From Ruditapes philippinarum (lineage: Eukaryota): a DNA stretch of 64,000 nucleotides. Both the position numbers and the translations under genes were made by a program. Positions 63,957 through 64,000 of this stretch are shown here, piece after piece. The notes beneath the pieces were generated by a model. It ran no database searches and was not told the DNA's origin. It saw only the letters and a list, made by a program, of their open reading frames with translations. Position 1 is the first letter of the stretch. The number at the start of each line of letters is the position of its first letter. The stretch covers positions 1 to 64,000 of the forward strand of contig NW_026865921.1 in NCBI RefSeq assembly GCF_026571515.1, in the 5' to 3' direction.

Positions 63957-64000
63957 TCCGTGGCCGAGTTGTTAAGGTCGTTGACGTCAAGCCACTTGCC
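63957..64000 (+). mobile_element. 5' end of a SINE of the 15085 family (cut by the window edge)
   Basis: CCGTGGCCGAGTTGTTAAGGTCGTTGAC.TCAA.CCACTTGCC matches 15092-15136. Confidence 0.8.

Overview
AT-rich eukaryotic (animal) genomic DNA with spliceosomal introns. The repeat landscape (tRNA-derived SINEs, Helentron-associated elements carrying ~160-166 bp tandem units, abundant palindromic MITEs) suggests a bivalve mollusc; this is inference. Five host genes were reconstructed by hand: a single-exon class A GPCR with a garbled, low-quality middle (minus, 986-2011); a 5-exon CFAP97D1/D2-like (Hemingway/KIAA1430-family) axonemal gene largely missed by the ORF track (plus, 10305-16929); a 9-exon Aa_trans-family amino acid transporter (minus, 21579-28466); an unrecognised 127-aa Cys-rich membrane protein with GHxD repeats (minus, 30647-31030); and the 8-exon DEAD-box helicase DDX55 (plus, 33403-53402). 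DDX55 intron 1 holds a full-length TTAA-flanked piggyBac. Its transposase has its own intron, is decayed in the 5' half, is split by a Helentron-type insert, and has an acceptor in phase with DDX55 exon 1. Intron 3 holds a 60-bp tandem array and intron 5 a nest of Helentron-type elements. The right end is non-coding and contains an old ~3 kb duplicated block. There is one N gap and several homopolymer-garbled stretches. No prokaryotic system or CRISPR array is present. All coordinates were counted by hand and may be off by a few bp; family assignments come from motif recognition, not database searches.
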